A DNA stretch of 64,000 bases from Candidatus Binataceae bacterium. GTDB lineage: Bacteria > Desulfobacterota > Binatia > Binatales > Binataceae. The stretch lies in contig DATKSQ010000143.1 in NCBI GenBank assembly GCA_035531615.1, positions 22,449 through 86,448 on the forward strand. The letters run 5' to 3'. Position numbers and translations under genes: made by a program. Positions 9,151 to 19,453 of this stretch are shown here, one piece after another (within the stretch, counting starts at the first letter, position 1; every line of letters begins with the position of its first letter). A model generated the notes under the pieces. That model was not told where the DNA came from. It did no database searches and saw only the letters and a list, made by a program, of their open reading frames with translations.

Positions 9151-9699
9151 ATGAGTGAGGCCGTGAGCAACGATGCCGCCGTGGCGGCTTCCGAACCTTC
9201 CGCCGCGCCCACGCGCCGCAGTCCGATATTGCGCCTGATGTGCCTGATCACGCTGCCGGTGATCGTGCTCGATCAGGTGACCAAGCTGATGGTGCGCTCG
9301 CGCATGGCGCTCTATCAGAGTATCGCAATCGTCCCGCATTTCCTGGCTCTCACCTACACGCTCAATCCCGGCGCCGCGTTCAGCATGTTCACCGGGCTGC
9401 CGCCGTGGTTTCGCCTCGCGTTTCTGGTCGGGATGAATCTCGGCGCGATCGTGGTGCTGACGGTTCTGCTCGCGCGCAGCGAGCGGGTGGATTTCAACTC
9501 GATTGCGTTCGCGCTGATCATCGCGGGCGCTGCGGGCAACGTGATTGATCGCGGGATACGCGCCGAAGTTATCGACTTCATCCGGGTGCACTACTACGGC
9601 TGGAATTATCCGATTTTCAATGTCGCCGACAGCGCGATCACAATCGGCGTCGCGCTTATCCTGATCACCTCGATCTTCCGCCGCGACACTGCCTCCTGA
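9151..9699 (+). CDS. lspA: Lipoprotein signal peptidase II
   Basis: NPGAAFSMF and FNVADSAITIGV motifs, four TM segments, and the classic ileS-lspA arrangement. Confidence 0.93.
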   Translation: MSEAVSNDAAVAASEPSAAPTRRSPILRLMCLITLPVIVLDQVTKLMVRSRMALYQSIAIVPHFLALTYTLNPGAAFSMFTGLPPWFRLAFLVGMNLGAIVVLTVLLARSERVDFNSIAFALIIAGAAGNVIDRGIRAEVIDFIRVHYYGWNYPIFNVADSAITIGVALILITSIFRRDTAS

Positions 9700-9795
9700 A
9701 CGCCCCGCTTTTATTTGACGATCAGCGGTATATCGGCCTAACGTGGGGCTCGTGCCCGCGCCGCGAACCATCGCGCGGACACCAGGAGCGCCGCG

Positions 9796-10746
9796 ATGAA
9801 AAGCATCAATACCGTCACCGGCAGCGTGACCCCCGAACAGCTCGGCACCACCCTGATGCACGAGCATCTGATGATCGGATGGGCGGGATGGGAGCTTGAT
9901 TGCGCGGCGCCGAAGTTCGAGCGCAAGGCGGCGCTCAAGACCTGCGTCGAGCGGCTCAAGGAGCTCAAAGACCTGGGAGTTTCGACTTTCGTCGATCCGT
10001 GTCCGATGGATATCGGACGCGACGTGAGCTTCATGGCCGAGGTCGCGTCTGCCTCCGGCATCAACATCGTCTGCGCGACCGGGCTGTACAAGGAAGATCT
10101 CGGCAATACTCCGTATTTCAAGCAGCGATCGATCGATCAGATAGCCGAGGTCTATGCGCAGGAAATCACCAAGGGCGTCGGCGGCACCGGTATCAAAGCG
10201 GGCATAATCAAGTGCGCAACCGGCAAGGGCCAGGTGACGAAGTACGAGGAATTGTGCCTGCGCGCCGCGGGCCGCGCCCATCTGCGCACCGGCGCTCCCA
10301 TCACGACCCATACCGAAGACGGCACAATGGGGCGTGAGCAGCTCGAAATCTTCGCCTCCGAGGGCGTCGATCTGGCTCACGTCGTTATCGGCCATAGCTG
10401 CGGCTCGGCCGACCTGGGGTACCATGCAGCGATGCTCGAGCGCGGATGTATCCTCGGCTTCGACCGCTTCGGCCTGGAATTTCTGCATCCCGACAAGCTT
10501 CGTCTAGCCGCGCTGATCGGCCTTTTGGGAGTCGGCTACGAAAAGCAGCTCGTGCTCTCGCACGACACTGTGGCGTGCTGGCTGGGCCGCGGACTCGATC
10601 TTCCACCCGAGACCGCGAAGCTGGTCGAGAACTGGAAGCCGACCCACGTGCTCAAGAATATAGTGCCGTCCCTCAGGAAGGCCGGCGTGGGCGAGGAAAA
10701 GATTCGTGCGATGCTGGTGGAGAACCCGCGCCGCTACTTCAGTTAA
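9796..10746 (+). CDS. Phosphotriesterase-related (PTER/Php) amidohydrolase-fold metal hydrolase
   Basis: GTTLMHEHLMIGW carries the N-terminal HxH metal ligand. The TIM-barrel length is ~316 aa and the family-typical HSCG and SHD segments are present. Confidence 0.85.
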   Translation: MKSINTVTGSVTPEQLGTTLMHEHLMIGWAGWELDCAAPKFERKAALKTCVERLKELKDLGVSTFVDPCPMDIGRDVSFMAEVASASGINIVCATGLYKEDLGNTPYFKQRSIDQIAEVYAQEITKGVGGTGIKAGIIKCATGKGQVTKYEELCLRAAGRAHLRTGAPITTHTEDGTMGREQLEIFASEGVDLAHVVIGHSCGSADLGYHAAMLERGCILGFDRFGLEFLHPDKLRLAALIGLLGVGYEKQLVLSHDTVACWLGRGLDLPPETAKLVENWKPTHVLKNIVPSLRKAGVGEEKIRAMLVENPRRYFS

Positions 10747-10785
10747 GCGGCGGCGCGGGGTTTCTGAACTTCAGGATGCGTGGGA

Positions 10786-11022
10786 TTACTTGCGCGGTTC
10801 AGCCATCGCAAGCATCGCGGGTTCGCCTATCGCGCCCGACTCGGCCTTCTCGCGCCACTGGTCGATCGCCTCGACCGTGAAACGCCAGTCGCTTCCCACC
10901 CGGAAGGCGGGGAGCTGGTTCTTCTTGAGCATCCGGTAAATGGTCGACGGATGCACGCGCAGGTAGCTCGAGACCTCTTGGACGGTGAGCACCCTGCTTC
11001 TCATCACTTCAATTCGATCCAT
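10786..11022 (-). CDS. Excisionase-family (MerR-like) helix-turn-helix DNA-binding protein
   Basis: LTVQEVSSYLRVHPSTIYRMLKKNQLPAFRVGSDWRF is the typical excisionase/HTH_17 motif. Confidence 0.75.
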   Translation of the reverse strand: MDRIEVMRSRVLTVQEVSSYLRVHPSTIYRMLKKNQLPAFRVGSDWRFTVEAIDQWREKAESGAIGEPAMLAMAEPRK

Positions 11023-11407
11023 GACTCACCTCGGCGCCGTTTGTTTTGTTTCCTGCTGTCCAGACGGAGGTAGCTGGTCATTTACAGCGCCTCTCAGGCC
11101 GTGTGCCGGTCAGCAATCACTCTTTGGGCAATAGCCGGATTCCGGCACGAACACCAGAGCTGACAAGATCATTAATCCACTATCCGTGGCACTGGTAAAG
11201 AGATGATGCTCGCCCGAGAGCCGCATGCCACCGCCGTCCGGTGACCAGCAACGCGCGTTATCGGCGCATTACGCGCAATGCTTCATTCGTTTGACGATCA
11301 CCGCTGGTAGGATATTCATACATTTCGATAACGTTTGGCAAGCGCGGCGCGGATCGTCTATCCACAAGTGCGCGCGTCTTCAGGCGTCGCGATGTGGATA
11401 GGCGCAG

Positions 11408-12487
11408 TCAGGCGAGCGCGGCGGCGATTTGACCGAAGTCCAGCTTGCGTGTCAAAGCGTGGCCGAGCCGGTCGAGCAGCACGAATTCGATCCCGCCATC
11501 CGCGCGCTTCTTGTCCAGCCGCATCGCGCCCGCAAACGCCGGGTCATCGCGCGTCCCCGGCGGCATCGCGGCCGGCAATCCCATGCGCTCGATCAGGCGC
11601 GCAAGGCGCGCGGTCTCAGCCGCGCTCAAGCCGGAATATTTCTCCGACAGCAGAGCCGCGGCGGCCATCCCGATCGCGACCGCCTCTCCGTGAAGGTAGC
11701 GCCCGTAGCCGGCGCTGGCTTCCAGAGCGTGGCCGAGGGTATGACCGAAGTTCAGGATCTTGCGCAGGCCGCCCTCGCGTTCATCGGCGGCGACGATCGC
11801 GGCCTTGTGTTTGAGCGAGCGGGTGATGACGGAGGCCAGGATCGTCGGGTCGCGGGTGGCGATAAGGTCAAGATCGCGTTCGAGGTCCGCCAGCATCGCG
11901 GCGTCCATAATCGCGCCGTACTTGATGACCTCTGCAAAGCCTTCGCGAAATTCGCGCTCGGGCAGGCTGGCGAGCGTGGCGACGTCTGCGATGATGGCGC
12001 GCGGCTGATGGAACGCGCCGATTAGATTTTTGGCGCGCGGATGATTGACGCCGGTTTTTCCGCCCAGCGACGAATCGACCTGCGCGACGATCGTGGTGGG
12101 AACCTGCACGATCGCGACTGCGCGCAGATAGGTCGCGGCGGCGAATCCGGCCAGGTCGCCGATCACGCCGCCGCCGAGCGCGAACACCGCGCCCGCGCGA
12201 TCAAGCTCGGCCGCGGTCATGCGGTCGTATAGCAGCTCGACAGTCGCGAGCGACTTGCTTGCCTCGCCGGGTGCGATTTCAATCAGCTCGGGTTGAAAGC
12301 CTGCGCGCGCCAGCGATTCGATTGCGCGCTCGGCGTAAAGCGCCGCCACATTCGAGTCCGAGACGACCACGGTCCGCCCGGGGCGCAGTCCGGCGCGGAT
12401 CGAGAGCGCGCCGAGTTTATCGAGCAGCCCCGTACCGACGTGGACTTCGTGGGCGTTCGCGCCGAGCTCTACGCGGAAGGTGTGCAT
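11408..12487 (-). CDS. aroB: 3-dehydroquinate synthase
   Basis: LGGGVIGDLAGFAAATYLR and NFGHTLGHALE motifs; it sits in an aroC-aroK-aroB operon. Confidence 0.95.
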   Translation of the reverse strand: MHTFRVELGANAHEVHVGTGLLDKLGALSIRAGLRPGRTVVVSDSNVAALYAERAIESLARAGFQPELIEIAPGEASKSLATVELLYDRMTAAELDRAGAVFALGGGVIGDLAGFAAATYLRAVAIVQVPTTIVAQVDSSLGGKTGVNHPRAKNLIGAFHQPRAIIADVATLASLPEREFREGFAEVIKYGAIMDAAMLADLERDLDLIATRDPTILASVITRSLKHKAAIVAADEREGGLRKILNFGHTLGHALEASAGYGRYLHGEAVAIGMAAAALLSEKYSGLSAAETARLARLIERMGLPAAMPPGTRDDPAFAGAMRLDKKRADGGIEFVLLDRLGHALTRKLDFGQIAAALA

Positions 12488-13056
12488 CGCAGTTTTCCCA
12501 ACGCGGCGTATGCGTCGATGACGCGCTCGACGACGGTTTCGATCGCGAGGTCAGAAGTGTCGATCGTCGCGTCGGCGCGCGCGTATGCACCCGCCCGCTG
12601 CTCCATCAATTCCGTGATGCGCTCCACAAGTGGCTTGCCGCCTTCGACCAGCTTGGGCCGCCTGGCGGCGGAGCGTCCGACCCGCCGCGCGATCACCTCG
12701 GGCCGCGCGCTCAGGCAGATCACCACGCCGGCGGCGTGCAGCGCCGCGTAGTTCGCGGCATCGGCGATCGCTCCGCCACCGGTCGAGATGACGGCGGGGC
12801 GCAAGCTGCCGCACTGCGCGCAGCGCCTGCGGTCGCGCGCGAAAGCGGCGATCGCATCGCGTTCGAGCGCGCGCATCCGCGCCTCGCCGTCGTCGGCGAA
12901 GATCGCCGCCACCGATTTTCCGGCGCGCGCGGCGATTTCGGCGTCGGTGTCGGCAAAGCGCCATCCGAGCCGCCGCGCGACGATCGGTCCGACCACGCTT
13001 TTGCCGGTCGCCATAAATCCGGTCAGGATTAGTTTCGCGCTCATCGCGGAGGTCAT
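12469..13056 (-). CDS. aroK: Shikimate kinase
   Basis: LILTGFMATGKSVVG is the P-loop. The start was chosen at internal Met 13056 (13044 is also possible); the longer track ORF would overlap aroC. Confidence 0.85.
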   Translation of the reverse strand: MTSAMSAKLILTGFMATGKSVVGPIVARRLGWRFADTDAEIAARAGKSVAAIFADDGEARMRALERDAIAAFARDRRRCAQCGSLRPAVISTGGGAIADAANYAALHAAGVVICLSARPEVIARRVGRSAARRPKLVEGGKPLVERITELMEQRAGAYARADATIDTSDLAIETVVERVIDAYAALGKLRCTPSA

Positions 13057-13100
13057 CAGCGGGCGTCCGCCCCGTTGCCGCGGCGGCGTGCCCGCGCGTC

Positions 13101-14267
13101 TCAGTAGTTGCGCACCTGCTCGAGGTATCCCTGCCAGTTGCGCGTAATCTCGTCGAGCGAGTCGCCGCCAAATTTTTCCAGGAATGCGCCCGCCAGCTCG
13201 AATGCCACCACCGCCTCCGCGATCACCGCGGCGGCCGGAATCGCGCATACGTCGGAGCGCTCGATCGTGCCGACCGCCTCGGCCTTGGTTCTCGTGTCCA
13301 CCGACTTGAGCGGCTGCATTAAGGTGGACAGCGGCTTGAACGCGACCCGCATCGTCAGCGGCTCCCCGGTTGACATGCCGCCTTCCGTGCCGCCGGAGTT
13401 GTTGGAATCACGCGTGAAGCGGCGCGCGTCGGGGTCGTAGCCGATTTCGTCGTGCAGGCCGGAGCCTCGAATGCGCCCGACCTGAAAGCCCGCGCCGAAC
13501 TCAACTCCCTTGGCGGCTTGCAGGCTTAAGAGCGCGTGCGCCAGGCGTCCGTCGAGCTTGCGATCCCATTGCACGTAGCTGCCCAGACCGACCGGCAGGC
13601 CGGTGGCGACCACCTCGACGACGCCGCCCAAGGTATCGCCGGTTTTCTTGCACGCGTCGATCTCCGCGATAATCGCGCGCTCGGCCGATGGGTCGGCGAC
13701 CCGAACCTGCGAGTCCTCGGTGATACGCCGCAGCTCCGCCGTACTCAGATTGGGCGGGGTCCGGGCTTCGGTGGCGCCGATGCTCACGACGTAGCCAAGC
13801 ACCTCGATTTCGAACGGCCGCAATAGCTCCATCGCGAGCGCGCCGATAGCGACCCGCGCGGTGGTCTCGCGCGCCGACGCGCGTTCGAGCACGTCGCGAA
13901 TATCGTCGAGATTGTACTTGAGCACCCCCGCCAGATCGGCGTGGCCCGGGCGCGGACGCGTAATCACCTTGGCTTCGCTCGCGTCGGCCGGGTCGGCGGA
14001 CATCCGCTTCTCCCAGTTCTTGAAGTCGCGATTGGCGATGATGAACGTGACCGGGCTGCCCATCGTGCGCCCGAATCGGATTCCGGACACCGGACGCACT
14101 TCATCTTTTTCAATCAGCATCCTGCCGCCGCGCCCGTAACCCTTCTGGCGGCGCGCGAGATGATGGTTGATGCGTGCGAGGTCGATCTCGAAGCCGGCGG
14201 GAACGCCCTCGACCATCGCGACGAGTTCCGGGCCGTGCGATTCACCGGCGGTGAGGAAACGGAGCAT
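13101..14267 (-). CDS. aroC: Chorismate synthase
   Basis: MLRFLTAGESHGPELVAMVEGVPAG and GRSSARETAARV-like segments. Confidence 0.96.
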   Translation of the reverse strand: MLRFLTAGESHGPELVAMVEGVPAGFEIDLARINHHLARRQKGYGRGGRMLIEKDEVRPVSGIRFGRTMGSPVTFIIANRDFKNWEKRMSADPADASEAKVITRPRPGHADLAGVLKYNLDDIRDVLERASARETTARVAIGALAMELLRPFEIEVLGYVVSIGATEARTPPNLSTAELRRITEDSQVRVADPSAERAIIAEIDACKKTGDTLGGVVEVVATGLPVGLGSYVQWDRKLDGRLAHALLSLQAAKGVEFGAGFQVGRIRGSGLHDEIGYDPDARRFTRDSNNSGGTEGGMSTGEPLTMRVAFKPLSTLMQPLKSVDTRTKAEAVGTIERSDVCAIPAAAVIAEAVVAFELAGAFLEKFGGDSLDEITRNWQGYLEQVRNY

Positions 14268-14421
14268 CGATTACATTCCCATCCCGGCCGCGTAGCCGCG
14301 CTCACCGGGGCATCCCGATTCAACCATTCCGGCGGCTCGCTTGGAAGCAGGCGGCGCGGGCCGCGCGGCGGGCGGTTGCTCGGGCCTGATTCGGGTGTAG
14401 ATTGCACTCGGCGGCGCGCGA

Positions 14422-16944
14422 TTGGCGCTCGTCGAACCTCCCATGCAGGCGAAAGTGGTAATCGTCGGAGCGGCGCACGGCATCGATTCGCTCATCTACG
14501 ACATCGCGCCCGAGCTCGAGGGCCGCGTCGCACCGGGCCATCGCGTGCTGGTGCCGCTGCGCTCGCGCAAGCTGACTGCGGTCGTGCTCGAGGTCGGTGA
14601 CGCGCTCAGTGCGGGGCCGCTTCGTCCGATCGCCGAGTTGATGGACCCGCAGCCGATCTTCGACGATGCGCATCTGCACCTGCTCGAATTTCTCGCCTCG
14701 TACTATATGGCGCCGCTCGGCGACGCCTATCGCAGCGTCATTCCCGCCGTCGCGCGGATCGAGTCGCGGCTCGAATATCGGCTTGCCTGCGCCCCCAACG
14801 CGCTGCGCGCGGCCACCCTCAGCAAGGTCGAACGCAGGGTAGTCGATACTATCGGGCGGCGTCCGGCGCGCTTAACCAGCCTCGAACGGCTCGGGCCGCC
14901 GAGCGAGGTCCGTGCGGCGCTGGCCAGGCTCGCGGGCGAAGGAATTATCGAGCGCCACGACGCGACTCGCGGACGCCATCGCGAGGTTGAATCGCTGTGC
15001 GCTCGGGTCGTGGCGGGTGCGCCGGCGCCCGCGCTGCGCGGTCCCAAACAGCGCGAGGTTTTCGCCGCCGTCGAGGCGGCGGGCGCGGCCGGCCTTGCGC
15101 TCGAGGAACTTGCCGCGCGAATTCACGGCGCGCGGCCGATCTTGAAGTCGCTCGCGCGGCGCGGAATCCTGGAGCTTGCGCCGCTTGCCGAGGAATCTTC
15201 CGCGCTGGCCCGCGGCGCTGCACTCGCGCTCAGCGACGAGCAGAAAATCGCGGTTGACGCGATCGCGCCGGCTGTCGAGCACCGCCGCTTCGAGACCTTT
15301 CTCATCTGGGGCGTGACCGGCAGCGGCAAGACCGAAGTTTACCTGCATCTGGCCGCCCGCGCTCTGGACGCCGGGAGGCAGGTGCTGGTGATGGTGCCCG
15401 AGATCGCGTTGGCCGACGAAGTGGTGCGCGCATTTCGCGCGCGCTTCGGCGCGATGGCCGCGATCGCGCACAGCGCGCAAAACGTCAGCGAAAGATGGGC
15501 AAGCTGGATGTCCGCAATCGGCGGCGCCGCGCGGATCATGATCGGTCCGCGCTCGGCCATCTTCGCGCCGATGCGCGATCTCGGACTCGTGATCGTCGAT
15601 GAAGAGCACGACGCCGCCTACAAGAGCGAGGACGGTATCCGCTATCACGCTCGAGATCTGGCCGTCGCGCTCGGGGGCTATAGCCAATGCCCCGTGGTGC
15701 TGGGTTCGGCGACGCCCTCGGCTGAGTCGTTCGCAAACTCGCGGCGCGGGCGCTACCGGCTGTTGCGGCTCGCGCGGCGGGTGAACAATCGCGCGATGGC
15801 GCAGGTCGAGATCGTCGATCTGCGCCGCGCGATGCCTCAGCCGGCCGCCGCCGCATCGGCCGGGTCACCGATGAAATCCAACGGCGCCGGGGTCGCGGCG
15901 CAAATCGCCGCCGCGGCCAGCTCTCCCACGCAAGCCAATCCGGTTGCGCTCGCACCCGTGCTGATCGATGCGATTCGCGCCAATCTGGCGGCGGGCGGGC
16001 AGACGCTGGTGTTTCTGAACCGGCGCGGGTTTCACAATTTCCTGCAATGCAATCTGTGCGGCAACGTGATCGCGTGCGCGAACTGCAGCGTCAGCATGAC
16101 CTTTCACCTGCGCGACCGATCCCTCAGGTGCCACTACTGCGGCGCGCACAGCCCGGCGCCGGAGGTATGCCCGGAGTGCAGGAAGTTCGGGCTCTCCGGC
16201 CAGGGCTTTGGCACCGAGCAGCTCACGTCGGCTCTGGAAGCGCTTTTCCCGGACGCGGTGATCGAGAGGATGGACAGCGACACCAGCGGCCGGCGGGGCG
16301 CTCGCGCGCGGATTCTCGCCGGATTGCGGGCCGGCGAAATCGAGATCCTGGTCGGCACGCAGATGATCACGAAGGGCTTCGATTTTCCCGGCGTGACGCT
16401 GGCGGCCGTGGTGCTGGCCGACGTGGGATTGAACATGCCCGATTTTCGCTCGGCCGAGCGCACCTTTCAGGTGCTGACGCAGGTCGCGGGGCGCGCCGGC
16501 CGCGGCGAGCGCGCGGGCCGCGTGATTATCCAGACGCGAGCGCCGCATCATTACAGTATCCGCGCCGCGGCCGATCAGGATTACGCGCGCTTCGTGCGCC
16601 GCGAGCTCGAGCTGCGCCGCGAACTTGACTATCCGCCCTTCGCGCGATTGGCGATGGTCCGAATCGAAGGCGAGGATGCGCGCCGGGTCGCCAGGGTTGC
16701 GGCGGTCGCGGCCGCCGCGCTCACCCGCGCCGCACCGTCGCCGGAAATCCTGCGCGTGCTCGGACCCGCGCCCGCGCCGATCGAGCGGATCAAGCAGCGC
16801 TACCGATGGCAGGTGATGCTAAAATCAAAAGAGCTGCGGCCGATGCGCGCGGCGCTGGCGGCGATGCGCGCGGAGATTGGCCAGATGGCGGAGGATAACC
16901 GGGTCTATTTAATCATCGACATCGATCCGGTGCGGATGCTCTAG
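14422..16944 (+). CDS. priA: Primosomal protein N' (replication restart helicase PriA)
   Basis: GVTGSGKTEVY (Walker A), VIVDEEHD, and a Cys-rich zinc region CNLCGNVIACANCSVSMTFH...CHYCG...CPEC. An Ala-rich ~35-aa insertion lies before LVFLNRRGF. Confidence 0.93.
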   Translation: MALVEPPMQAKVVIVGAAHGIDSLIYDIAPELEGRVAPGHRVLVPLRSRKLTAVVLEVGDALSAGPLRPIAELMDPQPIFDDAHLHLLEFLASYYMAPLGDAYRSVIPAVARIESRLEYRLACAPNALRAATLSKVERRVVDTIGRRPARLTSLERLGPPSEVRAALARLAGEGIIERHDATRGRHREVESLCARVVAGAPAPALRGPKQREVFAAVEAAGAAGLALEELAARIHGARPILKSLARRGILELAPLAEESSALARGAALALSDEQKIAVDAIAPAVEHRRFETFLIWGVTGSGKTEVYLHLAARALDAGRQVLVMVPEIALADEVVRAFRARFGAMAAIAHSAQNVSERWASWMSAIGGAARIMIGPRSAIFAPMRDLGLVIVDEEHDAAYKSEDGIRYHARDLAVALGGYSQCPVVLGSATPSAESFANSRRGRYRLLRLARRVNNRAMAQVEIVDLRRAMPQPAAAASAGSPMKSNGAGVAAQIAAAASSPTQANPVALAPVLIDAIRANLAAGGQTLVFLNRRGFHNFLQCNLCGNVIACANCSVSMTFHLRDRSLRCHYCGAHSPAPEVCPECRKFGLSGQGFGTEQLTSALEALFPDAVIERMDSDTSGRRGARARILAGLRAGEIEILVGTQMITKGFDFPGVTLAAVVLADVGLNMPDFRSAERTFQVLTQVAGRAGRGERAGRVIIQTRAPHHYSIRAAADQDYARFVRRELELRRELDYPPFARLAMVRIEGEDARRVARVAAVAAAALTRAAPSPEILRVLGPAPAPIERIKQRYRWQVMLKSKELRPMRAALAAMRAEIGQMAEDNRVYLIIDIDPVRML

Positions 16945-16976
16945 CGGGAACCAACTGTTTCGGACAGGATTCTTCG

Positions 16977-17897
16977 ATGCCACCAGACCATAGCGGCGTG
17001 CCGCGCGCACGGCACAGCTTTGAAGTGCGGATGGACGACGGCGCGATTATCCGGGTGCGCCAGCATGGCGTCGTCGCCGGGCCGCGCCTGATTTTGAGCC
17101 ACGGCAACGGACTCGCGATCGACGGCTACCTGCCGTTCTGGGGTCCGCTTGCCGAGCGCTACGAGGTCGTGCTGTTCGATTTCCGCAATCACGGCCACAA
17201 CCCGTTGCATCGCGAGGACGGCCATTTGTGGACGCACTTCGTCTCCGACCTGGAGTCGGTATTGGCGGCGGTCGAGCGCGAGCTGGGTCCGAAGCCAACC
17301 GCGGGCGCGTTTCACTCGCTCTCCGGCGTGACGGCCGCGATGCACGCGCGCAGATACGGCAAGCGTTTCGGCGCGCTGGTGCTGTTCGATCCGCCGATCT
17401 TCCCGCCCGAGGGCCATCGCTTGCGCGGCAATCAGGCCGAGGACAAGAACTCGCTGGCGAGCCGCGCGCGCAGACGCACCGAGCGCTACGCCGATCCGTC
17501 GATTCTCGCCGCGCAGTTCCGCAAATATAATCCGCGCTGGCGTCCCGAGGCCTACGAGCTGATGGCGCGTGCGACGCTGCGCCACGACTCGCGCGCAGGC
17601 GACTGGATTTTAGCCTGCCCGCGCGAATTCGAAGCCAGCGTGTTCGCGACCAACGCCGATCCGACCCTGTGGGACGCGATCGGCTCGCTACCGGTGCCGG
17701 TCAAACTCATTTGCGGGGATCCTGATCTGCCGCAGGTGATGCCGCCCGCGCTCATCGGGCGCGAGCTGGCGCGCGAGCACGGACTACCCTACGAGGCGAT
17801 ACTCGGCACCACGCACTTCCTGCAAATCGAGCGGCCGGAAGAGTGTATCCGCGCGATGGATTCGTTTCTCGCCGAGTTCGGCCTAGCCGCGCGCTGA
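16977..17897 (+). CDS. Alpha/beta-fold hydrolase
   Basis: ILSHGNGL (oxyanion region) and the nucleophile elbow HSLSG. Confidence 0.8.
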   Translation: MPPDHSGVPRARHSFEVRMDDGAIIRVRQHGVVAGPRLILSHGNGLAIDGYLPFWGPLAERYEVVLFDFRNHGHNPLHREDGHLWTHFVSDLESVLAAVERELGPKPTAGAFHSLSGVTAAMHARRYGKRFGALVLFDPPIFPPEGHRLRGNQAEDKNSLASRARRRTERYADPSILAAQFRKYNPRWRPEAYELMARATLRHDSRAGDWILACPREFEASVFATNADPTLWDAIGSLPVPVKLICGDPDLPQVMPPALIGRELAREHGLPYEAILGTTHFLQIERPEECIRAMDSFLAEFGLAAR

Positions 17898-17955
17898 GGC
17901 GGCTTTCGAGTGGCGCGGCGCTTTGATAAGTTTTTTGATTCCGGACGTGACCTGG

Positions 17956-18495
17956 ATGGCGCTGCTCAAGATCCGAAAATTTCCCGACGAATCTCTCAAA
18001 ACGGTTGCCGAGCCGATTGAGAATATCGACGGCAAGGTCAATGCGCTTATCGACAGCATGGCGCAGACCATGTATGCCGCGCCCGGCGTGGGCCTGGCGG
18101 CGCCGCAGGTGGGAGAAGCCATGCGGATCGTGGTGCTGGATACCGATCACGACGAGCCTGGGAAAAATCTGCTCAAGCTGATCAATCCGCGGATCGTCGA
18201 GAGCGAGGGCAAGATCACGTGGGAAGAGGGCTGCCTGTCGGTGATCGATTACTCGGCCGACGTCGAGCGCGCGGCGCGCGTGCTGGTGCGCGCCTGGACG
18301 CCCGAGCAGAAGGAAATCGAAATCGAGGCCGACGATCTGCTGGCGGTCGCGCTCCAGCACGAGATCGATCATCTCGACGGCAAGCTGTTCATCGATCGCA
18401 TCAGCCGGATCAAGCGCGAGCTTTACCGGCGCAAGCTCAAAAAGCTGATCAAGGACGGCAAGGCCGACGATCGTCCCTCCAGGGTCAGGATCTGA
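17956..18495 (+). CDS. def: Peptide deformylase
   Basis: GVGLAAPQVG, EGCLSV and QHEIDHLDG motifs. The start was chosen at MALLKIRKFPD; the track ORF starts at 17923. Confidence 0.93.
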   Translation: MALLKIRKFPDESLKTVAEPIENIDGKVNALIDSMAQTMYAAPGVGLAAPQVGEAMRIVVLDTDHDEPGKNLLKLINPRIVESEGKITWEEGCLSVIDYSADVERAARVLVRAWTPEQKEIEIEADDLLAVALQHEIDHLDGKLFIDRISRIKRELYRRKLKKLIKDGKADDRPSRVRI

Positions 18496-18523
18496 AATCG
18501 CAGCGCCGCTCAAAATAATCTTC

Positions 18524-19453
18524 ATGGGCACGCCCGCGATCGCGGCCCATATTCTCGACCGTCTGGTCACGGCCGCGGACCCGCGCTTCGCCGTGGTCGC
18601 CGTGGTGACCCGGCCCGACGAGCCGCGCGGGCGCGGGCTGGCGCTGGCGCAAAGCGAAGTCGCCGCGGTCGCGGCGCTCCGCCGGCTGCCGGTGCTGAAG
18701 CCGGTAAAGATTCGCACGGCTGAGTTTCTGGCCGAGATGAAATCTCACGATCCCGATCTGATCGTCGTCGCGGCCTACGGGCGGATTCTGCCGCAGGCGA
18801 TTTTGGACGCGCCGCGGGTCGCGCCGATCAACGTTCACGCCTCGCTGTTGCCACGGCATCGCGGCGCCGCGCCGATCGAGGGCGCGATTCTTGCCGGCGA
18901 CGCGACAACCGGCGTGACGATCATGCGCATCATGGCGGCGATGGATTCGGGGCCGATGATTCTTCAGCGCGCGATTGCGATCGCTCCCGACGACACCCAG
19001 GCTTCGCTGAAAATCAAACTGGCCGAGCTTGGCGCGCAGGCGCTGCTCGACGCGCTCGAGCTCTACGCGCGCGGCGCGGCGGTCGAGACTTCACAGGACG
19101 ATTCGCTCGCGACCTATACCAAACAGATTCGCAAGCCCGACGCCGAGATCGATTGGAGCGCCGACGCCGCGCGGCTCGAACGGATGGCGCGCGCGTTCGA
19201 TCCGTGGCCGATCGCACGCACCACGCTCGGCGGCGCGCCGATTCTCATCTGGCGCGCGCGCGTGCTCGAGCCGGATCGCCCGGTGGCCGCCGCTCCCGGA
19301 ACTCTGCTCGCCGTGAAGCCCGAGCCGGTTGTGCAATGCGGGGGCGGGACGCTGGTGCTGACCGAGGTTCAAGCCCCGGGACGCAAGCGGATGCGCGCGG
19401 CGGATTTTTTCAACGGCCGCAAAATCGCGCCCGGCGCGCGGCTCGGCGTATGA
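18524..19453 (+). CDS. fmt: Methionyl-tRNA formyltransferase
   Basis: MGTPAIA..., NVHASLLPRHRGAAPI, and def-fmt synteny. Confidence 0.93.
   Translation: MGTPAIAAHILDRLVTAADPRFAVVAVVTRPDEPRGRGLALAQSEVAAVAALRRLPVLKPVKIRTAEFLAEMKSHDPDLIVVAAYGRILPQAILDAPRVAPINVHASLLPRHRGAAPIEGAILAGDATTGVTIMRIMAAMDSGPMILQRAIAIAPDDTQASLKIKLAELGAQALLDALELYARGAAVETSQDDSLATYTKQIRKPDAEIDWSADAARLERMARAFDPWPIARTTLGGAPILIWRARVLEPDRPVAAAPGTLLAVKPEPVVQCGGGTLVLTEVQAPGRKRMRAADFFNGRKIAPGARLGV

Noticed and set aside
9136-10488. 450-aa minus-strand ORF
   Set aside because: It is antisense to lspA and the phosphotriesterase-like gene, both well supported on the plus strand.
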